A DNA stretch of 63,827 bases, the filler included, from Salisapilia sapeloensis CBS 127946 (Eukaryota; Protista; Oomycota), in the NCBI GenBank assembly GCA_023334545.1. It is 4 parts of 4 records of this genome, joined end to end, with 100 filler letters (N's around TTAATTAATTAA, not from the genome) between each part and the next. Parts side by side here need not be neighbours in the genome. Positions count along the whole stretch, not along the records: positions 25,655 to 52,442 come from JAADVB010000240.1; 3 more parts are not named here. The stretch is one strand, 5' to 3'. Of the stretch, positions 26,324-36,959 are shown in pieces. The translations under genes and the position numbers were made by a program. Position 1 is the stretch's first letter. Every line of letters begins with the position of its first letter. Below the pieces are notes generated by a model. That model did not search any database. It was not told where the DNA came from and saw nothing but the letters and a program-made list of their open reading frames with translations.

Positions 26324-29300
26324 TGCAGATGATGGGTGGTTGAGTGGCTTTTGTCTTTCGAGGAGAATTGCCGAATGAGACTTACTGGTCTTCATCGGCT
26401 CAGTTGCCTGAAGTGTTGACAGTCATCTACGTTCGACTCCTGTCAAGATGTCTTCTTAAGAAACACATGTTTAGAAATCTTCGGAAGTGCGTGATTTTGG
26501 ATGCAAGTAGAGAGCTCACGCGATGGTGCACTAAAACTAGTCTAGAGATGTATTGAAGGTCGATTGGACGATGATGAAGCACATTATTTCCTTGGCAGAT
26601 GCTTCTGGAGACGATACGTTCCGACACTAGCCAAGTTTTAATGTCTCTGTTTCTATACATCTTTCCCGTCCATGATCTTGAAGATCACCAACTGTAGGGA
26701 GGTCAGTTTCGAGTGAAACACTTGGGTGAAGCAGCTTCGAACTTGACAGCCCGATAATGCGAGAATTTTAATTCGATAGTATTGTTCTATCATAGGCTCT
26801 TGTTGGTAAACAGTAGCTACATTATACCTGCTTCATTGCAATGCATTTCGATGTCTATAGCAGCTTATGCATGCGGCCTTTGATATAATAGCAACGATCT
26901 TAGGCAATTTCATGTCAAAGCTCACCTAATTTCATCCATCATGATCTTAAATTGTTGGTCAGAATCAGTTATGTAATAGAGACGAGCGTATCTCCCATCA
27001 CTATGAACGTTTGCTTGTCCTGCACCTCCGATCTGATTAAAAACGCTTTAAAGCACCATCAACTTTCGCTTTCTGTCTTCTTGTTCCTTCCCAGCGTTTG
27101 TCAATGTACTTGGTCGTCATGACCATTAAATGGGATAATTAATATACATTTATCTACCAAGTGTCCATGCCCCTCGTTCATTTCAAGCATGAGAGCTCAT
27201 GTATTGAAAGTATACCAGCAGCACTAGAGATTAGAACTTTTTCGTTACTGCTCGATCGACAAAGCTTGTTCTAGCAATAGCATTCTCTAACCTCATAGTT
27301 GATCACTAGAGCGCGTGAAGCAGCGACATGGAAAATCTATATAAGTGGGAGAATACAGCCAAAACAAGAAAAGCTCTCTGCGATGGGAAAACTGTATGAA
27401 CTGAATGCTTTCAGGACAAAATTGTCCTTCCCAAATATTTGTGGTTAGGCAAGTGCAGGATTATATAGATTTTGGGCGATAGCTACACTGGTTTTAAAGG
27501 CCTTCAACTTGTCCGACATGTTAAAAACATACCACATCAAAGGATGAAATAGCATTCCACTTTCGCAGCGAGTCTTTTGTCCTCAGAACCGAAGAATTTC
27601 TTTGCTCTAGAAGCCGTATGTTGTTTGCCACTATTAGGCAATTTATCGTAGCCTGAATATATTTGCACAATCGCAAAGGTAGATAGCGCTTGATCTTAGT
27701 TATAATGGAATAAGCTGTAGTCCTAGTTTGGACTTGTTAGAGCAACTCATCTGCTTGTTTCATCGAAAACACTTTTCTGTTGTATAACCTTGCTGCAAGC
27801 TTTTGTGTAAGACTTCTACTACGAAGAGCTTTTTAAAGTCCAAGAGTATAGCCCAGTTTTACAAAGTGCAACAGTATGGTGCAAATCAAGGATCAAGTAG
27901 TTCAAAATACATTTACATCGATGAAAACATGGTAATTTAAGCTGTCTCCAACTTGGAGCTGGATAAGGTAAAACTGAATTTAGCATATCTATATGGCAAT
28001 TTTCTAGTTGACCTTTCATTTAAGTCTTATGCATCGAATAAGAAAGCTAGCTTGTTTCAAGTCAATTCGGTATGCTTTCCTCCGCCGAGAGTGCCTTCTG
28101 CCACCAGGAGCTCACACTTCGGCTATTGACAGTCACTTTCATCTAAATCTAGGTAATGGTGCTATGGAATAGACTGTGCTATCTAACGCAAGCATGTATT
28201 TCCAGTCTTGGAAAGTGCCGAAATGCCTGTAGTTCGCAATGACAGTAACGAAATGGCAGTTATATATAAAAAGCCAATGTGCCAATACGGCAGTCAAATT
28301 CCGTTTCGAAAATTGACTTACAAAACTAGCAGAGAACGTTACCCGCCAGTCATCCAGCTCTTAATTTAAGTAACCTTGAAAATAATGAGAAGAAGGTGAT
28401 ACCTTCTGCGCTCTAATATGTCCCTTAGCTCACTGGCATGCTTCAAGCTATTACACTGAAAGTCCAATTTTTAAGAGCAGGATCAACGTCTTGTTGGTAT
28501 GTACGCTCGTCAACTATGAGCTTGATATCCATACTGCATCGATCAAATCGTTTTCAATGCTACCTTGGATATATGCATACGCGGAACCCGATCGACAGAC
28601 TGCAATTGTCAGTATGTCTTCCTTTCAACTACAAATAAAAGCCTATCACTTCTCAAAAGTCGGCAGATGAAAAGAAAGATCTTAAAGAAGATATTTAATC
28701 GACTGACTAGTGTCGGTCATTCAGCTCTTCATGTTACTATCTTCCATCTGACTAGTTGAAGTTGTTATTTTACACTTTCGTTCTATTGAAAGTCGTGTCC
28801 GACCTCCCAATTTCGACGCTAGTCAGTGTGCAGTTTACGTCGCTGTATCTTCCTCGAAGCAGCGCTGTATCTTGTCCGATCTTCTTGCTAGGTAAACGTC
28901 AACAGAGTACGCGTCGAAATGGCCGTTTCGCTGGTGGATCTGCTAGTGGATACACGAGATCTGTCTGCGACTGTCGACACGAAGCGTATTCGGCGGACAT
29001 TCGTGCGACAATTTGGCCAAATGTTTGTTGTCTTTTTCTTAGTTTGGAATGCATGTAGCTTGGTTCATTTGTTTTGACTATGCCAATGGCTCATTCGCGA
29101 TTTTGGAGTCGTGGACGTCGGAAGCTGGACATCTTCGAGAGAGAGAGTCGCCAAGAACTGGTAGCGTCACGCTTCGCCATACTGCAAGGAAGGCACTAGG
29201 CGTTGAGGCGATTTCACGGAGAACGAGTGACAAATAGCGAGTCGACAGCACAAAGGTCTCGCGACGCTCACGGCTCCACCACGGCGGTATTCTCTTAAAG

Positions 29301-29562
29301 CACAGAAACCGTTTAAACAGACACAGCGGTAAGCGCTTCACGTTTGGGAACGTGCATCACAAAAAGGGTTTTCAGTCGAAGTTTTTTCACTTCCGACTGC
29401 GTTTCCGATACGTCAACTGTCCACTGCGTCGTCGTTTGGGCGCTCTTAGCAGAGGCACAGAAGGCGAAACTTAGCGACCAAAGTCCACATTTATCGATTG
29501 ACTGTCGTCTTTCTCGTCGTCACAGTAGCTGTGCGTCTAGTCTCGTTGAAGCAAGCGTCAGG

Positions 29563-29892
29563 ATGTCACTTGAACCTATCTCGGTGCCAAGTTTCAAGCG
29601 AAGCAGGGATGGAGCATTCGTACCACCGCTTTTATCCAAGCTTAGCAAGCCAGACGAAACGTATGACGATACCAAGCCGGAAAAGTTCGAGGAGGCCGAA
29701 GAGGAGGATTTCTCTCTGGGTCCTCCACCGTCTGCACCACCGACATTGGTCCGCCAAGACGCGACAGACGCGACGGCCTGGGCCGAGAGGAAGGGTGGTA
29801 ACGTACGGCGGAACTCTGGTCTTTCTCGGCAACTTCCGACGGCGACCCGCATCCCGAGCGTTGCGACGCCAACGCGCCGAATGTTGGTCTGA
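29563..29892 (+). CDS. Small hypothetical, probably disordered protein (109 aa)
   Basis: ATG at 29563 with GC-rich, coding-like codon usage and an acidic/Pro-rich sequence; no family recognised. Confidence 0.4.
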   Translation: MSLEPISVPSFKRSRDGAFVPPLLSKLSKPDETYDDTKPEKFEEAEEEDFSLGPPPSAPPTLVRQDATDATAWAERKGGNVRRNSGLSRQLPTATRIPSVATPTRRMLV

Positions 29893-30141
29893 GGAATGGT
29901 TGCGGCCGTATGGATCAACTGGTGGCGAAGCGAAGCCATCGAGTGCGGAGGCTGGTGTAGGTAGGCGAGAGTGTGTATGAAACAGTGCTTTGCGTGCAAT
30001 CGGTATGGATGTAGAGCAAATGCTAGGTTTGAACCCTCCGCCTTGCTTTCATCTCGACGCCACTAGGTAGACAAGAAATGATACAATCGTTCATCCAATC
30101 TCATTAAGCTGCATATGTATTCATATTCGAAGCCACCAAAT

Positions 30142-33100
30142 CTACGCGTGGAACGTTTCACCCGCAGCACGGTTCTCCACGAGTGGAGCCGCCAAACAGG
30201 CCTCGACGTATCCCTGACGAACGACAAAGTCGCCGAACTTTTCTTCCTCGTCACGGTTCGCCGCATAGTCCTCGATGATCGGCTCGAGCTCCGTCAAAAT
30301 GCCTTCTTCGTCCAAAGCTTCCTTGTACAGCTTGTTCAGACGCTCACCGCTGTGGCCGGCACCAAGGTACATGTTGTAGATACCAGGAGAACGGCCGACG
30401 AATCCGATTTCACCCAGGTACGGACGTCCACAACCGTTGGGACAACCAGTCATTCGAATGACGATCGAGTCATCGCGAAGTCCGTTGGCCACGAGCATGT
30501 CTTCGATCTTGGTGATGAGCGTCGGGAGGTATCGCTCGGCCTCGGCAAAGGCAAGTCCACAGAACGGGAGAGCGGCACAGGCGATGGAGTTAAGGCGCAT
30601 GCCCGAGTACTGGTCGTTGCCGAACGAGTACGTGTCAAAGAGCTTCTTGACCTCCGGAATCTGCTCCTGCGTGATGTTGACCAGACTCAAGTTCTGGTTG
30701 GGAGTCAAGTGGAACTCGACGTTCTTGAACTGGTTGGCCAAGGCGCGGAGACCAGTGCGGAGCTGAGAGTGCTCCATATCCTTGATGCGGCCGCTTTCGA
30801 TGAGCATGGTGTAGTGGAAGAGGCCGTTGGACTGCTTCTGCCAGCCGAAGCGGTCGCCGTTGCTCGTGAATTTGAACGGACGCGCCTCCTGCAGCTTGTA
30901 CCCGAGCATTGTCTCAATCTGCTCACGGATCCACGGCAGACCGTGGTCCTCGACCGTGTATTTGAAGCGAGCGTGCTTGCGATTCACACGGTCACCATAC
31001 TCGCGCTGCAAGAGGACGGTCTTCTCGGCCACGTCCTTGACCTGATCCGGCGTGCAGAAGCCCATCATGTCCGCAAGACGAGGATACGTCTTCTTGTTGT
31101 TGTGCGTCATACCCATGCCACCACCGACAGAGACGTTAAAGCCTAGTAGCTCATCGTCCTCGATGACGGCGATGAAGCCGAGGCAGTGGGCATACACATC
31201 AACGTCATTGGACGGCGGGACGGCGATGGCGACCTTGAACTTACGGGGAAGGTAGGCCTCACCGTAGATGGGCTCAAAGTCCTTGACCTCGCCTCCGGCA
31301 ACCATCTTCTTGTCCAGCCAGATCTCGTGGTAGGCACTCGTCTTGGGCGTCAGGTGGGCAGACACTTCCCTCGCGACGTCCAGAATCTCGTTGTGGGTCT
31401 CGGTCGAGCAGCTCGGGTTCACCGTCGTCATCACGTTTCGGTTGACGTCACCACAGGCAGCCAAGGAGTCCATCAATACGCGGTTGATGCCTTGAACCGT
31501 TCCTCGGAGGTCCCACTTCAAAATGCCTTGGAGCTGGAAGGCCTGCCGAGTGGTGATCTTTACGTTACCGTTCGCGTACTCATCCGCGAGAGCATCCATG
31601 GCCAAGTACTGGTCGGCCGTCGCCACACCACCCGGGACACGCACGCGAATCATAAAGGAGAAAGCCTTTTCTTGCTTCTCGGCGCGCATCTGGTCACGCA
31701 GGTCGCGGTTGTCTTGCTGGTAGATGCCGTGGAACTTTGTCAGCTGCGTGTCATCCGGAGCCAACGCCTTGGTGGAACGGTCCTCAAGACCTTCCATCAG
31801 CGTACCTCGCAAAAAGTTACTCTGCGCCTTGATCTCTTCGTTCGTACGCTGCTTCTTCTCCATGCCACTCGTGCTCGCAACGACGTCCTTAGGGATGCCC
31901 ACCTGGTCCCACAAGAGAGGCTTCCACTCGTCAAACTTGGTCAGAGGACCGTCTTCGTCCTGGTCGTCTGCCTTGATGGCGTCCGTAATGCGCTTGGCAC
32001 CCAACTCACTCAGCTTGGCGTCGAGGTCGATCGGAGCTTTGCAGAAGTAGTGCTTCTCATCTTCACGCGGCCAGTAGAGGCTGTCTCCGAGACCGAAGAC
32101 GGCGTACTGAAGCGGCAGCGTGGCCGTGAAGCCCGAAAGTTCGTTCCAGAACTCCTTGGCATTGGCCGGCATCTCACCCTGTCCGGCCGTAGAGCACACA
32201 AAGATCATGTATGAGTTCACATCGTTTGACTCGTCCAGCAACTGCTCGATAGTCATGTCGTTCATGTCCATCTTGATGACCTGCTTCACTCCGAACGACA
32301 GTGCCTGCTCTTCCAGCATCGTGGCGAGCTCGTCAGCCTTGCCATTGTCCGAACCGACAAGCAGGAAGAGCTTGGTGTCCGTCTGCCACGGCTCTTCCTT
32401 CGCTTGGCCTCCGAAGCCATGCAAGAGTGCCTGGAAGGACGCGTCCAACGCCTTCTGGCTGATCTGGTTGTACGCATCCGTCAAGGACTGGTCCTTTTTG
32501 GGCGTCTCCAGAGCCTGCTTGGCAAACATGCTCAACTGGTTGTTGCGCTTGAGGAACGTCAAGAGCTCGTCCTTCATGGTCTTGCTTTCAAGCGAGAATG
32601 CTTTCTCGCCCTCGACGTCCTCCAACGCAGGGTTGTAGCGGTACAGAGGCCAGTAGCCAGTGTTGACAGCTTCCTTGGTGTCCTTCTCCATGTCTTCGCT
32701 GCTCGGAGCGTAGGCAAGGACGATGGACGGACCGTCGAAGGCATCGGCTTCGTTCAAAGCGCGCACCACCTGCGAGTACGAGTCGTACAGAGCGACACTC
32801 GCGACGTAGGCGTTGCCGTACTGCATGGCGTACAGACCAAGGTCACGCTTGCGGTGGTTCTTGGTGACGCTGTGCATGGGCTCCGTGTCGAGGATCAACA
32901 GGTTGACATTCTCACCACTGGCAAGCACCTGGTGAACACCAGACGCACCAACGTCACGAGAAAACTCTTGGCTTCCGAGGATCCACTGACTGAGTGGAGC
33001 AAAGTAGTCCTTGAGCGCCCAAATCTCTTCCAGACGATCCGTCTTGGTGCGCTCAGTCGCAAGAAGAACGCTGATTTCACTACCAAGAGCAGAGGTGGAC

Positions 33101-34683
33101 GAGCTCTTGTTCAGCCACTCCTGGAGACAGCTCTGGAGACGCTGAGCAATGGAAGAGTCCTTCAAAAGAACTTGAACCTTTTCTTGAAGCAGACGACGCT
33201 TGGCCAAGATACCCAAGTGGACACCGAATCCAAAGTCACCGCTTTCGAGCGTCACGTTTTCAACAGACGCGCTCTCCTCACCATCTTTCCAGACGGTGGA
33301 GGAGCGTACGAGGTTAGCAACCACAGCTCGTTCTTGGAACAGCTGAAGCAGCATCTTCACGTACGGGGCCTCAAAGCTGTCGGGTGAAGACACGAAACCG
33401 CGAACAATCTGTTGAGAGGAAGCCGACGATGACTGCGTTTCATCAGCAGAAGACGCTTCACTCGAGCTGGCGACGACAAACTTGTGATCCAGCTCACCAG
33501 CGGCCAATTGCTCCACAAGCGTACGGGCGGTGACGACATCAAAGATACCGTCAGAGCTGTAGGGAGCGTATTTGCCGCCAAGGAGAGTTGGCTTCTCTTG
33601 ACTGGTCCAGTGTTCGGACTCGAAGGAGTGGAGGACATCAACGAAGAGAGGAGCGCCAACCGCAGAGGCGTCGTCCATACGGTCGAGGACGGCAATGCTC
33701 TTGACAGTCGATGGAAGTTTGCTCAGGAACATTTCAGTGTCCCACGGACGGTACACGCGAACGGCAAGAACACCCACCGGCGCGTCCCAAGTGTTCACAA
33801 GCGACTCGACAGCATCCTTGACAACATGCGCGGCTGTACCCGTGACGACGACAACATGTTCAGCATCCGAGTGACCATGGTACTCGAAGAGGCCGTATTT
33901 CTTGCCCGGGAAGGCTTCGTCCAAGACTTGCTGGACGATCCTCGGGGCTTCCTGGTATCGCTGGATTGTCTCCGGAGCCACTTGGAAGTAAAGCGAAGCA
34001 TCCTCTTCTTTGTTGACGTTGGAACGGTTCAAGACGTTCTGGCGGAACTCGCTGACGGCTTCACCACCTTCCGGTTTGAGGCCGATGAGCTGCGCCAAGC
34101 GGCTGTAGGACGGCAACGAGTTGGTGAACTTGGCACGAGGTCCAGAAGCAACCTTGCGTTCCAAGGCATTGTGATCAACGTCTCCATCGTAGACGTGGAG
34201 GAAAGGAAGGTTGGACTGGATAGAAGCGACGTGGGCAGCCACAGCCATGTCGCTCGATTCCTCGGCACTCAATGAGTGCATCATAACGAATCCGGTCTGG
34301 CGAACAGCCATGAGCTCGGCGTGGTCCTTGGCAACGACGTGGACCACGGCTGGCAAGAGTGCGCGGCTGAGTTTGTACATGGCAGGCACCATCGGTAGCA
34401 ATGCCGACGGAGAGGAGGCAAAGAGCGTGGCGAACTGTCCCTTGGAGGCAGCGTCATACGCCTTTTCAAGCAGTTCCTGGGACAGCGGATCGGACTCGAC
34501 TTTACCGACCTGATCGAAGACATTGCGCCGCGCCGAGACGACATAGTTTTCCAGCGTCTGGCCGAATGGCGTGGGCGTAGCGAGGTAGGAGAAGTCGCTG
34601 AGCGCGTAGGCGACATGGCTGACGCCTTCTTCAACACAGCTCTCCGAGGTAGAGTGGGTCTTGTGTGGCGAATAGGAAGACAT
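30142..34683 (-). CDS. MET5: Assimilatory sulfite reductase hemoprotein (beta) subunit, MET5/Sir1-type multidomain (PFOR-like N-terminus + flavodoxin + NIR/SIR)
   Basis: 1513-aa single-exon ORF. PFOR-like domains; flavodoxin LVGSDNGKA...STAGQGEMP...FGLGDS; KFHGIYQQDNRD, ITTRQAFQ, ACGDVNRNV and YLPRKFK; siroheme/4Fe-4S cysteines ACAALPFCGLA and RMTGCPNGCGRP. Confidence 0.93.
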   Translation of the reverse strand: MSSYSPHKTHSTSESCVEEGVSHVAYALSDFSYLATPTPFGQTLENYVVSARRNVFDQVGKVESDPLSQELLEKAYDAASKGQFATLFASSPSALLPMVPAMYKLSRALLPAVVHVVAKDHAELMAVRQTGFVMMHSLSAEESSDMAVAAHVASIQSNLPFLHVYDGDVDHNALERKVASGPRAKFTNSLPSYSRLAQLIGLKPEGGEAVSEFRQNVLNRSNVNKEEDASLYFQVAPETIQRYQEAPRIVQQVLDEAFPGKKYGLFEYHGHSDAEHVVVVTGTAAHVVKDAVESLVNTWDAPVGVLAVRVYRPWDTEMFLSKLPSTVKSIAVLDRMDDASAVGAPLFVDVLHSFESEHWTSQEKPTLLGGKYAPYSSDGIFDVVTARTLVEQLAAGELDHKFVVASSSEASSADETQSSSASSQQIVRGFVSSPDSFEAPYVKMLLQLFQERAVVANLVRSSTVWKDGEESASVENVTLESGDFGFGVHLGILAKRRLLQEKVQVLLKDSSIAQRLQSCLQEWLNKSSSTSALGSEISVLLATERTKTDRLEEIWALKDYFAPLSQWILGSQEFSRDVGASGVHQVLASGENVNLLILDTEPMHSVTKNHRKRDLGLYAMQYGNAYVASVALYDSYSQVVRALNEADAFDGPSIVLAYAPSSEDMEKDTKEAVNTGYWPLYRYNPALEDVEGEKAFSLESKTMKDELLTFLKRNNQLSMFAKQALETPKKDQSLTDAYNQISQKALDASFQALLHGFGGQAKEEPWQTDTKLFLLVGSDNGKADELATMLEEQALSFGVKQVIKMDMNDMTIEQLLDESNDVNSYMIFVCSTAGQGEMPANAKEFWNELSGFTATLPLQYAVFGLGDSLYWPREDEKHYFCKAPIDLDAKLSELGAKRITDAIKADDQDEDGPLTKFDEWKPLLWDQVGIPKDVVASTSGMEKKQRTNEEIKAQSNFLRGTLMEGLEDRSTKALAPDDTQLTKFHGIYQQDNRDLRDQMRAEKQEKAFSFMIRVRVPGGVATADQYLAMDALADEYANGNVKITTRQAFQLQGILKWDLRGTVQGINRVLMDSLAACGDVNRNVMTTVNPSCSTETHNEILDVAREVSAHLTPKTSAYHEIWLDKKMVAGGEVKDFEPIYGEAYLPRKFKVAIAVPPSNDVDVYAHCLGFIAVIEDDELLGFNVSVGGGMGMTHNNKKTYPRLADMMGFCTPDQVKDVAEKTVLLQREYGDRVNRKHARFKYTVEDHGLPWIREQIETMLGYKLQEARPFKFTSNGDRFGWQKQSNGLFHYTMLIESGRIKDMEHSQLRTGLRALANQFKNVEFHLTPNQNLSLVNITQEQIPEVKKLFDTYSFGNDQYSGMRLNSIACAALPFCGLAFAEAERYLPTLITKIEDMLVANGLRDDSIVIRMTGCPNGCGRPYLGEIGFVGRSPGIYNMYLGAGHSGERLNKLYKEALDEEGILTELEPIIEDYAANRDEEEKFGDFVVRQGYVEACLAAPLVENRAAGETFHA

Positions 34684-34706
34684 GAGGATTGCTTGCCACC
34701 ACCGCC

Positions 34707-34722
34707 GAAATTCAAGGAGTGG
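34707..34722 (-). promoter_or_regulatory. Putative oomycete INR+FPR core promoter of the sulfite reductase gene
   Basis: Minus strand reads CCACTCCTTGAATTTC, resembling the oomycete initiator/FPR consensus (about GCTCATTYBNNNWTTY), 24-39 nt upstream of the ATG. Confidence 0.4.
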
Positions 34723-34889
34723 ATACCAGTGAGTCCGTAGAGGAGCTTCCGGTCGAAGGTTTCGTCATGGGCGTATTTTCAAAAGTTATTTTTTATTGGG
34801 CCGTTAAAGCCAATCACGAGCGAGATTGTCAACCTGTCAAACCCTCATTTCAAGATGAGAGTACGAGCAACTCCAGTCAATTTGACAAG

Positions 34890-35837
34890 ATGCAGCGAGG
34901 CAAGGTGCAGCTAGTGGGTGCTGGTCCGGGAGACCCGGAGCTCCTCACCATGAAGGCCTATAGAGCCATCAAAGAGGCAGACCTGGTGCTGCTCGACCGA
35001 CTCGTGCCCAAGCCCATTGCAGACCTCATCACGTGTGAGATTAGGACGGCACGCAAGAGATGTGGAACGGCAGATATGGCACAGGCGGAGCTAGATGCGT
35101 GGGGATTGGATGCACTAAAGCAAGGTAAGAAAGTCGTGCGTCTCAAGAACGGCGACCCGTTCCTCTACGGTCGCGGAGGTGAAGAAGCAGTCGTGTACTC
35201 GAATGCTGGCTTTGACGTCGAGGTCGTTCCTGGCATCTCCAGTGCCCTGTCGGCTCCACTCAGTGCTGGCATCCCACCCACCATGCGGGACATTGCAGAC
35301 CAAGTGCTCGTGTGCACTGGTCACGGCAAGCAAGACCGATTCCCAAACCTGCCAGAGTACTGTCCCCACCGCACGACCATCTTCCTCATGGCCATTGGAC
35401 GCATCGAGGGTCTGTGCTCCAACCTCATCCGAGACAAAGGCTACCCGCCAGAGCTTCCGGCAGCCATCATCCACTCTGCGACCATGATGGACGCCAGCAC
35501 CGTTCGTAGCACATTGGACGGCATTCCAGACCAAGTGCGCAAATTGGGCATTAAACCCCCTGGCACCTTGGTGCTGGGCAACGTTGTCAATGCGTTGACA
35601 TATCTGAAGCATTACGCCGCTGTTCAAACCCATGTGGTGGATCCTGCTCTGTCTTCTGCAGCGCAGTCAGAGTACACGATTTCCTACGATCCGCTCGAGA
35701 AGCCAACGGAAACAGAGACTGAGGCAAGAGAGAATGTGCAACCGATGCCATTGTGGCTCTTTGCAGTCACCCTGCTGCCCTTCCTTGCCATCGTTTACGC
35801 CGTCGTTACCAAGATGGCACCTTTGACCTCAGCCTAA
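34890..35837 (+). CDS. cobA: Uroporphyrinogen-III C-methyltransferase (SUMT, siroheme synthesis) with C-terminal hydrophobic tail
   Basis: LVGAGPGDPELLTMKA, VVRLKNGDPFLYGRGGEE, VVPGISSAL and TTIFLMA tetrapyrrole methylase motifs; ATG at 34890. Confidence 0.9.
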   Translation: MQRGKVQLVGAGPGDPELLTMKAYRAIKEADLVLLDRLVPKPIADLITCEIRTARKRCGTADMAQAELDAWGLDALKQGKKVVRLKNGDPFLYGRGGEEAVVYSNAGFDVEVVPGISSALSAPLSAGIPPTMRDIADQVLVCTGHGKQDRFPNLPEYCPHRTTIFLMAIGRIEGLCSNLIRDKGYPPELPAAIIHSATMMDASTVRSTLDGIPDQVRKLGIKPPGTLVLGNVVNALTYLKHYAAVQTHVVDPALSSAAQSEYTISYDPLEKPTETETEARENVQPMPLWLFAVTLLPFLAIVYAVVTKMAPLTSA

Positions 35838-35893
35838 AGATTTTATTGTACATGGATAATCGAAAACCAATTGCATTTCAATTTTCTTCTTAT

Positions 35894-36475
35894 CTACTTT
35901 CCCATCCCTCTCTCAAGTTTCTTGATGAACTTGGCGGGATTTCCTCCGTACAGACTCATCGGAGGCACATCCTTCGTCACGACTGCGCCACCAGCAATCA
36001 CCGAGTCATCCCCGATCGTTACTCCCGGCATGATCTTCGCGCCGCCTCCAATCCACACGTTCTTCCCGATCGTCACAGGCCTCCCACTCTCTTTACCTTG
36101 CGCCCGGAGATCCGGATCCAACGGATGCGTCGCCCCGTAAATGTGGACTCCAGGACCAAGCTTGGTGCCATCGCCAATTTGGACTTTGCAAATGTCGAGG
36201 ATGCAGCAGTCAAAGTTCATGAAGCAGTTGGTGCCCAAAAAGATGTTCTTGCCATAATCACAGCGGAAGGGAGGCTCCACGAGCGTGGTGTCATCGGCGG
36301 AACCCATGAGTTTCTTGAGCACCGCCGTGGACTCAGGCGTGCCGATCTTGGTCTTGCTAAATTCTTCCATCAGCTCCCGAGCCTCCTTTCGCTCTCGCGA
36401 GAGCTGCTCCGTGAAAGCATCGTAGAACTCGCCATTGAGCATCTTGCGCTTCTCTTCACTCATTTCTTCCGCCAT
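35894..36475 (-). CDS. maa: Maltose/galactoside O-acetyltransferase (Mac domain + hexapeptide repeats)
   Basis: KMLNGEFYDA, EPPFRCDYGKNI, GPGVHIYGATHPLDP, GRPVTIGKNVWIGGGAKIMPGVTIGD and GNPAKFIK. Confidence 0.88.
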   Translation of the reverse strand: MAEEMSEEKRKMLNGEFYDAFTEQLSRERKEARELMEEFSKTKIGTPESTAVLKKLMGSADDTTLVEPPFRCDYGKNIFLGTNCFMNFDCCILDICKVQIGDGTKLGPGVHIYGATHPLDPDLRAQGKESGRPVTIGKNVWIGGGAKIMPGVTIGDDSVIAGGAVVTKDVPPMSLYGGNPAKFIKKLERGMGK

Positions 36476-36959
36476 AACACTTGTCGCTTACCCGGGATAT
36501 TGCGAAATGCGGTCTTGCTCGATACGTGCTGGAGGCTGGCGCAACCACGAAGACAAAGGTTTCTTCAACTGCGAAGGAAGAATCGGGAGCATCTCTTGGC
36601 ATATTCAAGCAAGCTGACTGAAATAAGTGCGTACTGAGGGTATCCGCATGCTTTCTACAATCACGACGAACTGGATTGCACCAATGATCATCTTGCATAA
36701 AGCGAAACATAGACATTGGATCTAGTTTTCACAGCCACATCATGCGCTATTCAACCCACACAGACTCTTGTATAAGATACTTCAATGCCTCGACTGACGC
36801 TCTGGCTGCAACCACGTTTCATTAGGATACTACCGTCCAAAATCCTTTCGAGGATACCATTCCCTCAGGTTACCTTTAAATCACCAAACAAACACTATCG
36901 ACACTTTAGATACAAGAGTTTCCGAGCAAAAATAGTTATCTGAATTGCATTTACACCTG

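Noticed and set aside
27880-27905. LDP* read as a mutated DPG RuvC-I motif
   Set aside because: About 270 codons from the putative bridge helix, too far for TnpB spacing, and it lies in a stop-rich frame.
30115-34715. Long plus-strand ORFs (up to about 340 aa) antisense to the sulfite reductase; similar shadows over the kinase, D-LDH and phosphagen kinase genes
   Set aside because: Expected shadow frames of GC3-rich coding sequence; no recognisable motifs.
35894-36475. Idea that the hexapeptide acetyltransferase is a serine acetyltransferase completing a cysteine cluster
   Set aside because: It has the Mac N-terminus and Maa/LacA motifs and lacks the CysE helical domain.
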